DNA of 64,000 nucleotides from Lingula anatina (GCA_051362555.1 CM120647.1:15352651-15416650), one strand, 5' to 3'; shown: positions 1 to 13,264, counted from the first letter of the stretch. A program made the numbers and translations. The notes: generated from the letters alone by a model not told the origin.

Positions 1-513
1 AGGTTTATTAGAGCATCTGCACAAATGTTGGTAACATTCAGACTTTAAATTGTTGCGTCTGGTTACCTCCACAATATGAAGCTGTTCATAATGTTTCAAA
101 GTGGTTAAATAGCATTTGTACTTGAACCTTAGTCATATTAGTACAGGTGCTTATTTTGTAATATACTTCTCTTATGTATAGACATGGCATCCCTCACAAA
201 ACAAAGATTGAATATGTCTCTTCTTGTATAGCATAAGAGATAAAATTTAAAAAAAAACCTTTCCATTACATTTTATTGTTGATGACTAGTTTTATTTTTC
301 TGTTACCTATTTAGTCTGTACATTTGGTAGCTTGTCTTGTAGCATTTACCAAGTTATCAGAATATAATTTTTTTTTTTAATGTATCCCTCGAAATAGTAG
401 CTTTATTTACTTAATTACTGGTTAAATTAACAGAAACTACAAGCTTTGAAAAACCTTTTTCAGGTATAAAGGAATTTTTAACTGTCTTACACTTTTTTCA
501 CTCTTATTTACAG

Positions 514-789
514 AAGCTATCCTTAAAGGAGCTGGACTGAACAGTATCGACAACACACACTGCAAGTGGTTTAGGGAATAGGTTAGACAGAAAATAAGAA
601 AGAGTGGAAGAAAGTCAGAGGATGAAGCCTGCGACTTAGCATTCTGCCAAAATAAAGGATACCATCGATGGATACAGTGTAACACGCCAAAGTTGGCTAC
701 ATACCATTTGTGCTAAAGTCAAATGTTCTAAAAAAACACTTCCTAAAACCCAGTTTACATGCCCAATGTGCATTTCTGTACAAGGTTAG
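514..789 (+). pseudogene. Decayed exon encoding a PHD finger (probably DNA-transposon derived)
   Basis: Acceptor ttttttcactcttatttacag ends at 513. The frame reads ...EDEACDLAFCQNKGYHRWIQCNT-(frameshift at ~687)-QSWLHTICAKVKCSKKTLPKTQFTCPMCISVQG*, a C4HC3 PHD pattern with the 4th Cys lost at the frameshift. There is an in-frame TAG at 579-581. Confidence 0.7.
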
Positions 790-2779
790 CAGAAAATTGC
801 ATCTGTATTACTGGTTTAAAGTTTTCTCAACCCATAACATAATGCAATTTACATATATTTATATGATAGTACTGAAATCTGATAAAGTTTTTAAAATAGT
901 TTTCGATGCAAACTGAGACTGAAATAAAAACTTAAAATTTTATTAGAACATTTGATTTAGTACATGCTACAAAAGTGTATCGATTTAATGAAAAAAATGA
1001 TAATCATCCACTTGCAGGGATCCCAGGGACCTACTATATTGTCACTTATTTTACATGTACATGACTTATTACTGTAAGGTGAGAATAAATAAAATAAAAG
1101 TCTTGTAACTAAGACAACTTGTTTTAGCATATTTATTCATTTTATGTTACTTTTCTCCTAGACCAGCATTTGTTGGTCTAAATAATTGTATTGATAACCA
1201 CTATACATTTTATAAAAGGCTCTATAAAGAAGAAGAATAAATGCTGAAAGCAAAAGGATGTTACAGTAACCAAAAAAAATCATTTGTAAAAGCTTTCTAA
1301 ATAGCTATATGGAATGTTTCCAATAACCATTAAATGAATAAGGTATCAATTCTCCGAAAATAATGATAAGGTAAAAGTAAAAACTGAATGGAAACATATG
1401 TATACATCGTAGCAGTTATAGCTAATAATCTGTATGACAGTGAAATTAATTAATCAAAAAAATACTTCATTTGAGTATATATGACATTGACCTTGTAAAG
1501 AACACACTGCAATAGTTACATTATACAAAATATACAAATAAGAGAATAAAAAAATGTATAAGAAATATTAGAAAATCAATCGGATGTGCTGTCCAAAACA
1601 CTTTCGTTCTCACCAATTCTGTCAACACTTGATGTTGGTAAATATGAGGCATCTAAACAACCTCCACAACTTAATTTTCAATTGTCTCAACATAACTAAT
1701 TTTATGAAATTATCGAAAAAAAAATGGGGGGGGGGGGGGGGGGATAAATTATTTGTTTGTGATGTTCAAGTTATTGCAGCAATTACTGTGAAGGCATATA
1801 TCCGAGTCTGACCATTATTAAGCGCTGCTTCTTCCTTAGCAAACCCAATCACCCAACAAAAAATTACAAATATTCATCAAAAATTGTGACCAAAATTGTC
1901 CAGACAATAAAAGATAACAAACATACCTAGATCTATACACAAATGAAAATGAAAAGGCAGAAATCGGCTTTCATGCATGGTTATTAAAAAAAATAATGTG
2001 ACAATTTTTGTGAAAAAAAAGTATGTATCCACCTGACAAGGACAGCACCACCCCAAGGATCATAGTGTCAGTCCTAGTGTTGTTGTTCCTTTTATTATAG
2101 ATAAAATGTCAAGTAATATTTATAAAAATTCACTTACCTATAATATACTTCGTATAAAATAATAATCAAAACAAAAGCAAATCTCCGTGCAACAATGGCC
2201 AGGGACCACAACTCCAAGGATAGGCTACACAGGATGGATCTTGACTATTGATTATAAATATAAAATAAAAAATCTTCCTTGATGTGAGTCTAAACATATT
2301 GATGCCAAAAATTGGAATCATCAACTCGCAAGAGCAGCCCACCTCCCAGTCACAGTAAGATTCCAAAACAGGACACGTACAGGTACATGAACATGTCCCG
2401 TTGATGTGCCTACTAACATTCAGATATTCAGTTTCAGTTTCCTCAATCTAATGGTCTACAAGGGCAAACACCCCATGATGAACGAGCAGGATATCATGAT
2501 CCCAGACTTTGTCACATACAATATAAAGTACATATATTACTTTAATAAACATTATTTTAAGTATACACTGTTAAGAACAAACTGCAAATTCAAACATAAT
2601 CTTTAGAAATATTCATATCTTATTAGTTGTTCATGTAAGATGTATAGCAAGTATTTATTGTTTACAATGTACTTCTACTGCAATTTCCTTCAGGTGGCTA
2701 TATATCAACACACTATCCTAGTAAAAATCAACACAATAAAACCCAATAAAACATGTAGTAGGCCAACAACTGAATAACG

Positions 2780-3062
2780 ACGGCCTGTCCACGGCAGGTT
2801 CATCCATGCAATGCGTCGAAGTAATTTTCTATCAAAATTATCAATTACAAACTCTGTATCAACCCATGAATTTTACCTAGAAATACCCCCATTATAGTAA
2901 ATATATAATGATGTAGGAAACGAACAGGCCAAATCAATGCACTAGCCAAGTATAACAGTGAAGGTGAATAACAACGGATCATTCACGGAACGGTTCATAC
3001 ACGCGACTGCTGCGTGTACAATCGGTCAGGACGGATGGTTCACGCAGAACGGACCGTACACG
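2780..3062. repeat. Cluster of ACGG-N6-CACG motifs (subterminal-repeat-like)
   Basis: Exact ACGG-N6-CACG at 2780, 2974, 2990, 3031 and 3049, plus an inverted near-copy at 3012-3026. The block tgaataac.acgg...cacgg..ggttcat.ca.gc occurs at ~2771 and again at ~2965. Confidence 0.65.
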
Positions 3063-3096
3063 TGACACCGGCACATTTTCTTTTGTCAACACTTAC

Positions 3097-3404
3097 CGAC
3101 AATGTGCGACCGGTGACTCATTTATTTACAAAGATTTAAGGAGTGCGGTTCTCAATGAATAACCACTTAAATAACGAAAACGCACATTATATTTCGCGTG
3201 GAAGCATATATTTCATTATACATTTTTCATTTTATCATAATTTATGCTGAAAACGATCAGACGCAAGGAAGCGAGTGAATCAGTCGTAAACCAGGCGGTT
3301 ACAGCAATTTGACAGATCACGAAGGAAAAAGAACCGTTATAGCTATCCCACCGGCCAGGAAGACCCCCAACTGCAAAGAGGGGTAAAGTATTCAAATCCC
3401 ACAG
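3097..3404. promoter_or_regulatory. Putative CpG-rich bidirectional promoter with first non-coding exons
   Basis: Local CpG-rich patch in CpG-poor flanks. A strong minus-strand donor GTCG|GTAAGTG has its exon end at 3097, and a plus-strand donor ACAG|GTATGT has its exon end at 3404. The plus-strand one could be the clavesin-like 5'UTR exon. Confidence 0.35.
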
Positions 3405-3535
3405 GTATGTGATGTAGTTGTAAAACTCCGAGAGAGAGAGAGAGAGAGAGGATAAATTTATTTCACCCGAGCCTCGGAGGACGAGGGTATTTACTCACAC
3501 GGCGCTCCGGATGAGGGGAGAAGTAAGCTTTTCTG

Positions 3536-3551
3536 TAGCGCCATCTGGTAA
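3536..3551 (-). promoter_or_regulatory. CTCF-like motif
   Basis: The reverse complement TTACCAGATGGCGCTA resembles the CTCF core consensus CCASYAGRKGGCRS. Confidence 0.4.
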
Positions 3552-3919
3552 TACAGGGTATAATTTACTAGTACCTGAAATGATTTATTATCTCTTTTCC
3601 GTTCGCTGTATGTCAGGCCATGTCTTGGTTGCGTAATGGAATGTATTAGTGCTTAACATTTAGGGAAATTTTCTTTGGCGGCCGGATCATCCGAAATTGC
3701 TCTATACCTGACAATACGCTAGAAGAAAAAGAAAAAGAAGAAAAAAAAAAAGAAGAAGAAAAAAGGTTGCAAATAAACACAGGAAACAGCCATTCACAAG
3801 AAAATAGGGTGATATAAAAGTGAAATACATTACTAGGTAAGACATTAAATATTGTTGATTCCACTCAGAAAATAGGTACTGTATGCATGTTTATTGTCAG
3901 GTCGTCTGTGTATTTATTG

Positions 3920-4337
3920 GGCACTATATACCAGAGATGAAGGAAGGAACTGCGGCTAACTTTTCTATTCAAGGTGGTTGAGGGGTTAGTTCCAGCGATA
4001 CCCCCCGACATTTACTTCGTACCAGTCTCTAACAAACGTCGTATAAGGGCTAAATCTTTCATTGACTTTGACTCTGAAAACATTGTGAATAGTACTAATA
4101 ACAGTCGCTGCTTTCTCTTACAACGTTGTAAAACACTCGTCAGAAAAAACTCTTTCTTCGTCAGAACAGTTTTCGATTGGAATGGACTCAGTGACCAACA
4201 AGTAAACGCTGAAACTGTTGAAAGCTTTAGGTCAGGACTACTATTTGACTAAGTTTCCCATGCGCTCTCTTCTATCCGTCTACTTCATACCAGTATTGGT
4301 GTCTCTAGATGTACATGAACAGATACAGATACAGATG
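3920..4337 (+). mobile_element. 5'-truncated non-LTR retrotransposon (CR1/L2-like LINE) 3' end
   Basis: ORF2 C-terminus-like peptide RLTFLFKVVEGLVPAIPP...KNSFFVRTVFDWNGL...AETVESFR* (stop at 4252), followed by a short 3'UTR and a (CAGATA)n tail at ~4320-4336. Confidence 0.8.
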
Positions 4338-4429
4338 AAATTTTTCCAACTATTGGCAGATTTTTGGGAGCCATAAAGTTCTATCTCTGCTTTATGCTGC
4401 AGTAGGCAAGTGGCTCTTGGCTATGCTGC

Positions 4430-4494
4430 GGACACATGCACATAGGAGGGAAACCAATTTTACAAACATTTGCCATAACTGTAAGAAGACATTT

Positions 4495-4543
<49 letters not shown>

Positions 4544-4750
4544 ATTGTGTAACACATGAAAGAATTCAGAGGAGAAGCCATACAAAGGCCAATATTGCCA
4601 TTGGACATTTACTCTAAAACAGACTTGCCTTTCTTATGAAAGAATCCACACTGGAGAGAAGCCATACAAATGCCAGTACTGTCAGAAGACATTTCCACAA
4701 AAATTGCTTGTGTAAGGCATGAAAGGTTCAAATTCACACTTGGAGTATAA
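4430..4750 (+). pseudogene. Decayed Kruppel-type C2H2 zinc-finger array
   Basis: Fragments CHNCKKTFT..CVTHERI, EKPYKGQYCHWTFT and [24 protein letters not shown], broken by frameshifts, lost ligand residues and an inserted polyC/polyA run at ~4499-4539. Confidence 0.75.
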
Positions 4751-4951
4751 TAGCTTCAGTGGGAACACCCCTTAGCAAGCTGGGTTTGTGGTCTGTAGTG
4801 GAGAATTTTAGTTTGTGACTTATAGGTGTAACCAGCAGAGATTTCAGTTCCAATATTAGGTTTACTACTGTTGCCAGGTTGTTACTGTGGGCTGAGCTGT
4901 AGGTGCAGTGTTTGATACTAGTAAAAGGACATACTGTATATGGTGTGCAAT

Positions 4952-4984
<33 letters not shown>

Positions 4985-5324
4985 GAGAGAGAGAGAGAGA
5001 TATTGTGTGCTAGTATTTTTTTTTATCGCCACACTGTTTTGTGAAAATAGACTGACAATATAGCCATTGTAAAATTGTAGTGACATTGTTGTGAATTAAG
5101 AAGAAAGAGCATATGAACACTGTTATAAATTTGGAGGGGAAGACCAAGTGATCTAGTGGATCTGTTGTGACAGAGAGTGGAAGGGAGGACTAATGTCTGC
5201 ATTGAATATCATTGCCACTCCATGAAAACTCCAGTCATAGTTAAAAACTTTGAAAACAATAACACAAAATGTTGACTCTGAGTAGAAATACACTTGTCTA
5301 GTGGTATGACAACTAAATATTAAT

Positions 5325-5495
5325 TTTTTTTCAGAAAAAGCTGCTTAGTTTCTTTCGTTTTGTGCTGATCTTTGTCTTAACTTTTCAGAAACAACTGGTT
5401 CGTTTTATGTGCTAATCTGTGTCCTTACTTTTCAGAAAAAGCTGCTTCTTTTTAGTGTGCTAAACTGTGTCCTAACTTTTCAGAAAAAAGCTGGT
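5325..5495 (+). repeat. Tandem ~47-54 bp repeat, each unit containing a 3' splice acceptor
   Basis: TTTTCAG|AAA..CTG occurs four times with the AG ending at 5334, 5388, 5435 and 5483. The last three are preceded by tgtgct.a.ct.tgtc.t.ac. Confidence 0.8.
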
Positions 5496-5508
5496 TCACC
5501 AGGGAACC

Positions 5509-8500
5509 ATGGCAGAATATGGATGGGGTCTTACAGAACAGCTGATGAGGAAGGCCCATAGAGAGCTGAACGAGATAGCTGAGAGGAGACGACAAGACAT
5601 AGAGACTGTGAGAGAACAGATCGAGTCCAAAACAGATATAAGTGAGTCTTCTTTTTCTGTTAGATCTGTTTTACCCGTTTACTTATTTGTTTGCTTGTAT
5701 ATTAATTAAATAATTTGTTTATTCATGCTGATATTTGAATTAGGAAAAAAAAATTGTGAAATACACTGTATGCAGCTCTGACATGATAAATTATAAGATA
5801 AATTGAAATATGTGAATTTTTTATAATAAATACCTGTGCAATAAAGCATTTTTATCATACAATCACATGAAAGTAATATTATTTTATGACCACGGCATGT
5901 CTAAGAAAAAAAAATCCATTACCCCAGGGACACATTTATTTTTCAGATTTCCTCAGAACAGATGATGCATTCATTTTACGGTTCCTCAGAGCAAGAAAAT
6001 TTGACACAGATGAGGCATTCAAATTACTCTGTAAATACTTTGAATATCGCCAGAAAAATACTCAACTATTCCACAAGTTTTGTGCCTCAGAGATGGGTAT
6101 AAAACATGCACTTTACGACAGTCTTCCAGGCGTGCTGCCTTATGCCGACCACAATGGACGAAAAATTTTGGTGCTATTTGCTGCGCATTGGGATAATTCT
6201 CGCTACAGTCTCTCGTCAATTTATCGTGCAATATTACTAACACTGGAGAGGCTGATAGAGGAGGAAGCCAATCAGATTAATGGATTTGTGATTGTTGTTG
6301 ATTGGACGGAATTCACATTTAAACAGTCGACATATGTGAATCCCAAGTTGCTCAAGTCTATGGTGGAAGGTTTACAGGTAGGGGCACATGTTTCTGTACA
6401 AGGGGCATTCCAGATTTAAAAAAAGTGCAGTTGAAGCTGAATGAGATTTCCTTATACTACTAAAAAGCCAATGAAACTTTTAAATTAAGTTACATAATGG
6501 TGTTTATCTCTGTTCTGATTGTGCATTCTTATTGCTTCAATAATGTAATTGTATTGGGCAACCATGAAGTAAATCTTTTCTTTATTTCAATTATTTTAGG
6601 ACTGCTTCCCAGCTAGGTTTGGTGGCGTCCATTTCATCAATCAGCCGTGGTTTGTGGAGGCCATTCTCAAAGTTGTGAAGCCGTTCCTCAAGGAGAAAAC
6701 GAAAGGAAAGGTAATTACACTGCAGTGTCATAGGGTTTTCTTTGTCTCATTTGTGAAGACATTAAACAAAAAAAAAAAAAAATTGATATATATTAATGGT
6801 TTCCATGGTGACCATTTCAGATCCATCTCCATGGCAACAATCTGGGCACCCTTCACAACTACATCCACAAAGAGGTTCTCCCAGCAGAGCTGGGCGGACT
6901 CATCCCTCCGTACAATACAGAGTCCTGGGCCAAGGAGCTAATCGGAGACGAGATATTCAGTTACGGGGAAAGCCACATCTTCTGGCCAACACAAGAGATA
7001 TCTGATGGGATCCCAAAGTGAGTAGAATTTTTAAGAAATAATTTCAAAGACATATCTCTATCGTCAGTGTGTTTTTGTGTTACTACTTGGAATGGGAGTA
7101 ATAGAGGTTAGTTCTGGGCAGGGCTGTTCCCAGGATTGGCGATTCAGGATTAGAGGTACACAGTTATCACCTGTAATTTCCTACAAAATTTCAGGAAGTC
7201 CAAGTCATCATTTGTCAAAAAAATTCACAAGCCGTCCAGCCTTCTTTGAAAATATTGGCCATCCAGTGACCTCACGCTGATAATAGAAGTTAGTTTGCCA
7301 TTAACTGTGATAATGAAAATAAAGTAGTATTTTTAAACAAATGACATGTTTGAAAATTTCAAGTTATTTCTGTACCAGCTTTAGGTTATTAAACTGCCAA
7401 AAATCAGTCCACTTTGGCTATATTATCATCATAACATCCCCATGTTCTGAAATACTTCATATGATTAATCTAACCGTTAGACTCCCAGGTGCCTTTTATC
7501 ATGATCAAACAGAAGCTGTCTTGTTTAGATATAATAAGTTGATGACTCCAACCTTTAGGATGAGCTGTACAAGCTACAGATTTCTCCTGATAACATGGGT
7601 TTCCTGGGAACTCTGTTAATTAAACTAATGATGGATTTTCATGGGTGATGAACCGATGATGGAGGGGGGGGGGGGGGGGTTTGAAAAATTGCCCAGTAAA
7701 CAACTGACGTTATTTGGCAGATTAACAGGTATTCTTGTATTGTAACCTGATGATGCTATATTATGTCATTTATGGATAAAATAGATTTATCTCTGAAAAT
7801 GCCCATAAATTTTTGCCAGTACAGTCATGCTGGCACATGAATTGCAGTAGATATTATTTAAGCATTTCAAGACTGCAGACATCGCTTAACCATTTTCTGC
7901 AAGTCATTCAGGTGGGTTACTGCTGGGCTGGTAACTTTGCCTTTTATATCTCAGTCATCAAGGAGAACACTTCATCATATGCTGCAAGTACCCTGATATT
8001 ATTATAGTAACTGCCATTCAGTTTCTCTCCCCAAATGGTGGATAACCATATCAGCTCCTCAGTGCTATAGCAGGAGCAGATGTGTTGCACTAATTAATGC
8101 GATTAATGCCAATAAAATCTCACCTCAAGTCAGTAGTAATTCTATATTTATTCTCCTCTCAGAATAACTTTGTTGATTCCCCTCAAGAACATGTTCTAAT
8201 TTTAGTGCCTTGGTGTTTCGTTAGTTTTACAAGTCTTACAAGACTAGAAGAAGAAAGATGTGTTTATTGTTATGTATTATTAAGAAAATATTGTTTAGTT
8301 CATTCCTATCTGTGAATAGGGTCTTCTCATTTTAATTCTTTGGTATGCTTTTCTTCAAAACTTAAATATTTTTTCTCGTTCAGTTCTTAAGAAAGGGGTT
8401 ATTAAGAGAAAAAAATTACTAAATTTCACATCTTCTACAGAGGTATGCAGTAGCAATCACTTCTCTTATTTATGTCAGATTTATCTTGAATAATCTGATG

Positions 8501-10380
8501 TGGTTATATTAGAAATTGTGAGAATACCGTCCCCTAGAATACCGTCACCAAAGCAATTACATTTAATGTACTACTAGTAGGGTTTGTGAAGAAAGGAATA
8601 TCAGTTGGAAAATATTGCCTTGGAGTCCATTGAACTGAAGCCAAAACTGCTGAGTCATGTTTCTGGCACCCCAGGATTTCACATCATTAATGAAAGGTTG
8701 TATTGATCAGCAGCCAGTGTGAGGTAATATTTGGTATGGGGAGTGATGTTTCCTGTAAATTGATAAATATATTATGATGATTACTCATCAATGAACTTTT
8801 CAAAAATGGATTAATAATTTTTACCCAAAAGTGTTTTTTTTAGTAATACTGAAACTGAAAATTCTGATTGGAAAGATATTTGGTATATTTTCAGAAAGGT
8901 CATTGTTGTTAAGGTCTTAAAACGGTAATTATTGAAAGATAAATGTATTAGTTAAAACTGGAGGTGATTTGATATAAATGTGATTAATGGAACTGTGTGA
9001 GATAATGGGGTTGCAAACAAATAAAAGAAGATAGCTCAGCATTTGTACATTCTAAGTGTAACACAGATTGTAGTAACAGAAAATAAGAAAGAGCACATGT
9101 TTGGTGTGAAATATACATGAAGCCCTGCAGGAAAATGTCCATTATAAAATCTACATTTGAACATGATCCTGGCTCACAGTGAGATAGTGTTGATACTGAT
9201 AGAGATATTGACTGTATATCAATAAATAGATATGCTGTTTTTATCATCGTGAGACAACGCTTAATTGGGGATTTAATACCCTAATCTATAACCTGATCTA
9301 ACATATAGACTCTTAAATGGGGATTTACAGTTGTGGTTTATATCCAGATTTTAGTACCCTGCGTTTCATGGGTAGCTTGAAATGAGAATATACATAGTCA
9401 CATTCTTCAGCAGAGGCTACTTTTAGATAAATTCTGAAGGTCAGGGTGGTTGTAATTGTGAAACAGTTGTTTGGTATGCTATTTTATTGGGCAATTTAAT
9501 TTTTTACGTAGACAGATGTATGATGCACAGACCATGAAGAAATGAATAATTAATTAAGATCAACACATGTAAAAAATGTGTAGCTTTTCCAACATCTCTA
9601 TCAAATGTTTACAGTAGATACAAATGGGAAAAATCCACAAATTAAACAATTTTTAGAAGTAATGCTAATAATCTGAAGTTATCTAAAGTAAGTTGACTTC
9701 TTGTGGGAAAGAACATTTTTTTGAGTAACTAAAATGAATCTTGAAACATGAAGACATCAGATTAATTGAGGTGTTTGGAAAATTCTGAGTAATTACTGTA
9801 ATTCAAGTTGTTCAGTGTTATGAACTTCATGGAAAAAAAGACCTGTTTCTGAATGCTATGAACTGCATTATCATGGCTATTGATTTTGGGGTGTCGAGGG
9901 AATCCTAACTCGATTACCGCCATTATGTTTACTTATGAAACCAGCTTATAAGCAATTTATCATTTGGAAAGGCACAAGTTCTTGGCTTTTTTTTTTTTTT
10001 TTGATGTAAGTCAAAGTGGTTTGGTTGGAAAATAAAAAGAATTTTGTTCTGCAGATGAACTGCAACGTGATTTTGATATTTTAGACATAGGGATTCATTT
10101 ATCTATTAAAGGCAGTTTTAGAATAATGATACATATTATCAAGAATTTTCTGGATATTATTATTCAAAGATTATATTTATGTATTTATGCAACTGCTAAT
10201 CATTGATGTCTTTGCACCTTTAGGATGAGCATTGTTCAATCTGTCAAATAATCGTAAAAAATTGATTTTTTTTATTTCAGAAGCAGTTCACAATCCAAGT
10301 TTCCAGACACAAACTTGACCACCAAAACGGACACTCCAGACCGAAGAGAACTGGACGAGGAGTTTTTCCTCATAGAGTGA
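5509..10380 (+). CDS. CLVS: Clavesin-like CRAL-TRIO/Sec14 lipid-binding protein, 323 aa, 5 coding exons
   Basis: Exons 5509-5641, 5947-6377, 6600-6710, 6821-7017 and 10281-10380, all GT-AG with consistent phases (972 nt). Clavesin-type motifs: [75 protein letters not shown]. The last exon is less certain than the first four. Confidence 0.9.
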
Positions 10381-13264
10381 CCAGGACAGTGTAGAAATTT
10401 GACCAGCAGCTTTATTGACAAGGATAGAAAATGAAGAGTAAAGGAGTGCCATTCAAGATGGAGGTTTAGATTACACTTCAGCATTATACTAGTCGAGCCA
10501 TGATTTTACGTTATGATAGTACATCTACTCGTAAAGGAACCAGCTGGTGAGAGGCTAAGGGGCCAGTTGAATCCACCCCCTCCCCTCCCCTCCCCTCCCC
10601 ACCCCCTGATCCAACATTTTTTTAAGGAGAAGCAAAGATTTTAGAGATATAGCAATGTAGAGCACTACTGTTGTGGTCAGTTAGTACAGCGGTAGCAGCC
10701 GAATTGACTGTTGACAAATACATATGATTTAACTGAAAAAACCCATGTCCAAAATATTAAACAAAACAAAACAAAAAAAAAAAAAAAAAACAGTGTCTGC
10801 TGCACATATTGTTATAATCTACTTGAAGTCTAGAGGTCACTGTTGATCCCCTTACACTGAATCAAGGACACATTTCCCAACTTGCCTTGGTAGTGCTTAA
10901 CTTTGTACTGTTGCATTTACTGCTGCTTGCTGTGCTACAGAAAAATATTGAGAAATCCTAAATTTTTAGTGATGTGTGATGTGGAAAATGTTGATGCCAA
11001 GAAAAGAATTGTGAGGAAAATCTAAGAAAATGTGAACTGCACCCTTATGCTGAATGAACAAATGAGGAGAAAAAAAACTTAAAGAAGAAGCAAGAATCAC
11101 ATTTAGTGGATTTTAGCTGCTTTTAATGACACAGAATGTGTACAGCATGAGCTTGGGTATTTCTGTTTTTAGCTTCATATTCCCATCAATAGATTGAGTC
11201 ACAATATAAAAAGTATTCAAGACAGTCCATTTAGTGATAACAGGTGACTTTTAAGAAAATATATAATTCTTAGAAGCGGTGTTACAGTATGGCATATGTA
11301 GGATGCGGCAAAAATGTAAATGTAATTTCCATTATTCATTTGTTACCTTCCACAGTGGACTCACTGCAAACAAAATGAGAATAATAATGATGAGATAGGT
11401 ATTACAAAAATGGGATACAAGGGCAAATGAGACAAGTATGTTTTTGCTTTCATGTTTATTTCATAGAATAGTTACACAAGAAAAGTGAGAATTTTACAAA
11501 CAAAGACAAAACAGCTATTGTCATAAAAGCAAACATACTCTGCAAACAAAGATTTAACTGACTCTGATGTAAATGGCTGCTCTTAAAATGACAATCATGT
11601 CACCTTTAACAAAGTGTGTTCAGAAACTATTGTTTCTCTATATCTAGTCTGATGAAATTGATTCACTTATTAATTGAAATTTCCATCAAAAGGTGGAGCT
11701 GCTTTACATAAGTGTTCAAGACAATCTCAGTCAGGTCTATAAGAAATGTAAGATGGGTGTTTGTGGGCTATGAGCCTTAATGAGCATGCTCCCTTGCAGC
11801 CTCACATTTCATTTTTTGTCAGTACATTTGTGGTGCATAAGTGTTTGAAGCTCAAATGTGCTCTTTTGCTAATTTTGGTGCTATATTTTCTGTGATAGCA
11901 GAGTATTGCTGACTTTACTTTTTATACGCCACAATACTGTTTTCATTTACGCAACAAAGAGTTTGACCAAAGCTGTGAGGCATTTGCTTGGCTTTGATAT
12001 AATGTGAATATTTGGTATTGACATTGACATTATAGGAACTGTTTAATCATTTTAGCTACCTCTGTCAAAAAGTTTGTATTTTTGTGCTTTTTGTATATGG
12101 TTTTATATTTTCATTTAGGCAGCTCTTTTTTAAGCTGGTTTAGGAGAATTTGTCTTAAAGCTATTTTATTTGGGATATTGGCAGCCAGGTTTTTTTTTTC
12201 AGTTTCATGTTTTGTTTTTTTTCAACTCTAAAAACCAGAATTGAACTGTTCTGCCATACCTGACTTTGTTTCTGCTTAGTGACAAAATTTTTCTTGGGAA
12301 TTTTTAAAATGTTTCTTTGAGTAATAATGCAAGTATGTATGTTAAGATGCTTTAGGGATGATAGAAACAGAATGTGGTACATTTTTCTAAAGTTTTGTAA
12401 AATATATTGCCTTATTTTATTATCCAAGTCGAGTATTGTTTATAGACATTGCAAAACTGAAATATGTTTTCATAATTTTCGTATTATGCCAAAAATGTTT
12501 TCAAGTCGCATGTAATAACTTAAAGATTTCAATACAGTGGGAAAAATATGAATACTGTATTTGAAAATTATCAAATGACTGTGTGTTATAAAGGGTTATC
12601 CAAGAGATTGACATGAATATTCGGAGAGATTTTCTGAATCTGTGTGTGTTATGCAATTTGTGGATTTTTAGTTTGTAGCATTTCTCAGATATTCAGAAGC
12701 CATTAATGTTGTTGCTTACTTTGCTCACTTTCAATAAGGTTACCACAAGAAAAAACTCTTTGATGTGACCATTGCTTTTTACAATTATGTCTGAAGAACT
12801 GAATATTTTGTTCAGCAGCTGTGGTTGAAGACATTTGTGCATTAAGGGTTCCTGTTTACTTGAGTTGTCATCATAAGATTAATTTCAACACTGGATTCAG
12901 ATTTATAAAATGTAAAATAACTGCAGATTAGGTGTATGAAATATAAGTAGGAATGTGAGTTTAAAGTGTTCCTGTAGGTGCTTAAAATATTGGGTTTTGT
13001 GAGTGGTATGACATGCGGAATTTTAAAAAAATAAATAGTTATATATAGTTGACAAAAATGCTGTTGGTTCTTGATATAGTACCCGGTATTTCATTACAAG
13101 ATCGTCTTCAGTATTTGCTGGTTTTTAGGGGGTGAGTTTTTCAGTAGTGTTAGCTTTTAAGTTGAAATTAAGTTTTGGAAACTGTTACTTAGAACCACGC
13201 TATGAAGCTGTAAACCAATCCATCCCCTGTTAAAGAACCAGAGAAAGTAAGAGATTTAAGCAGA

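Noticed and set aside
2138-2450. Minus-strand Cys-containing frame near a GTAAGT donor (exon end 2138)
   Set aside because: No recognisable domain, the frame stops before the donor, and there is no convincing acceptor. It may be UTR or transposon debris.
10670-10720. A-box-like tagtacagcggtag suggesting a tRNA or SINE
   Set aside because: No B-box or cloverleaf follows. No tRNA, rRNA or CRISPR array was recognised anywhere in the window.
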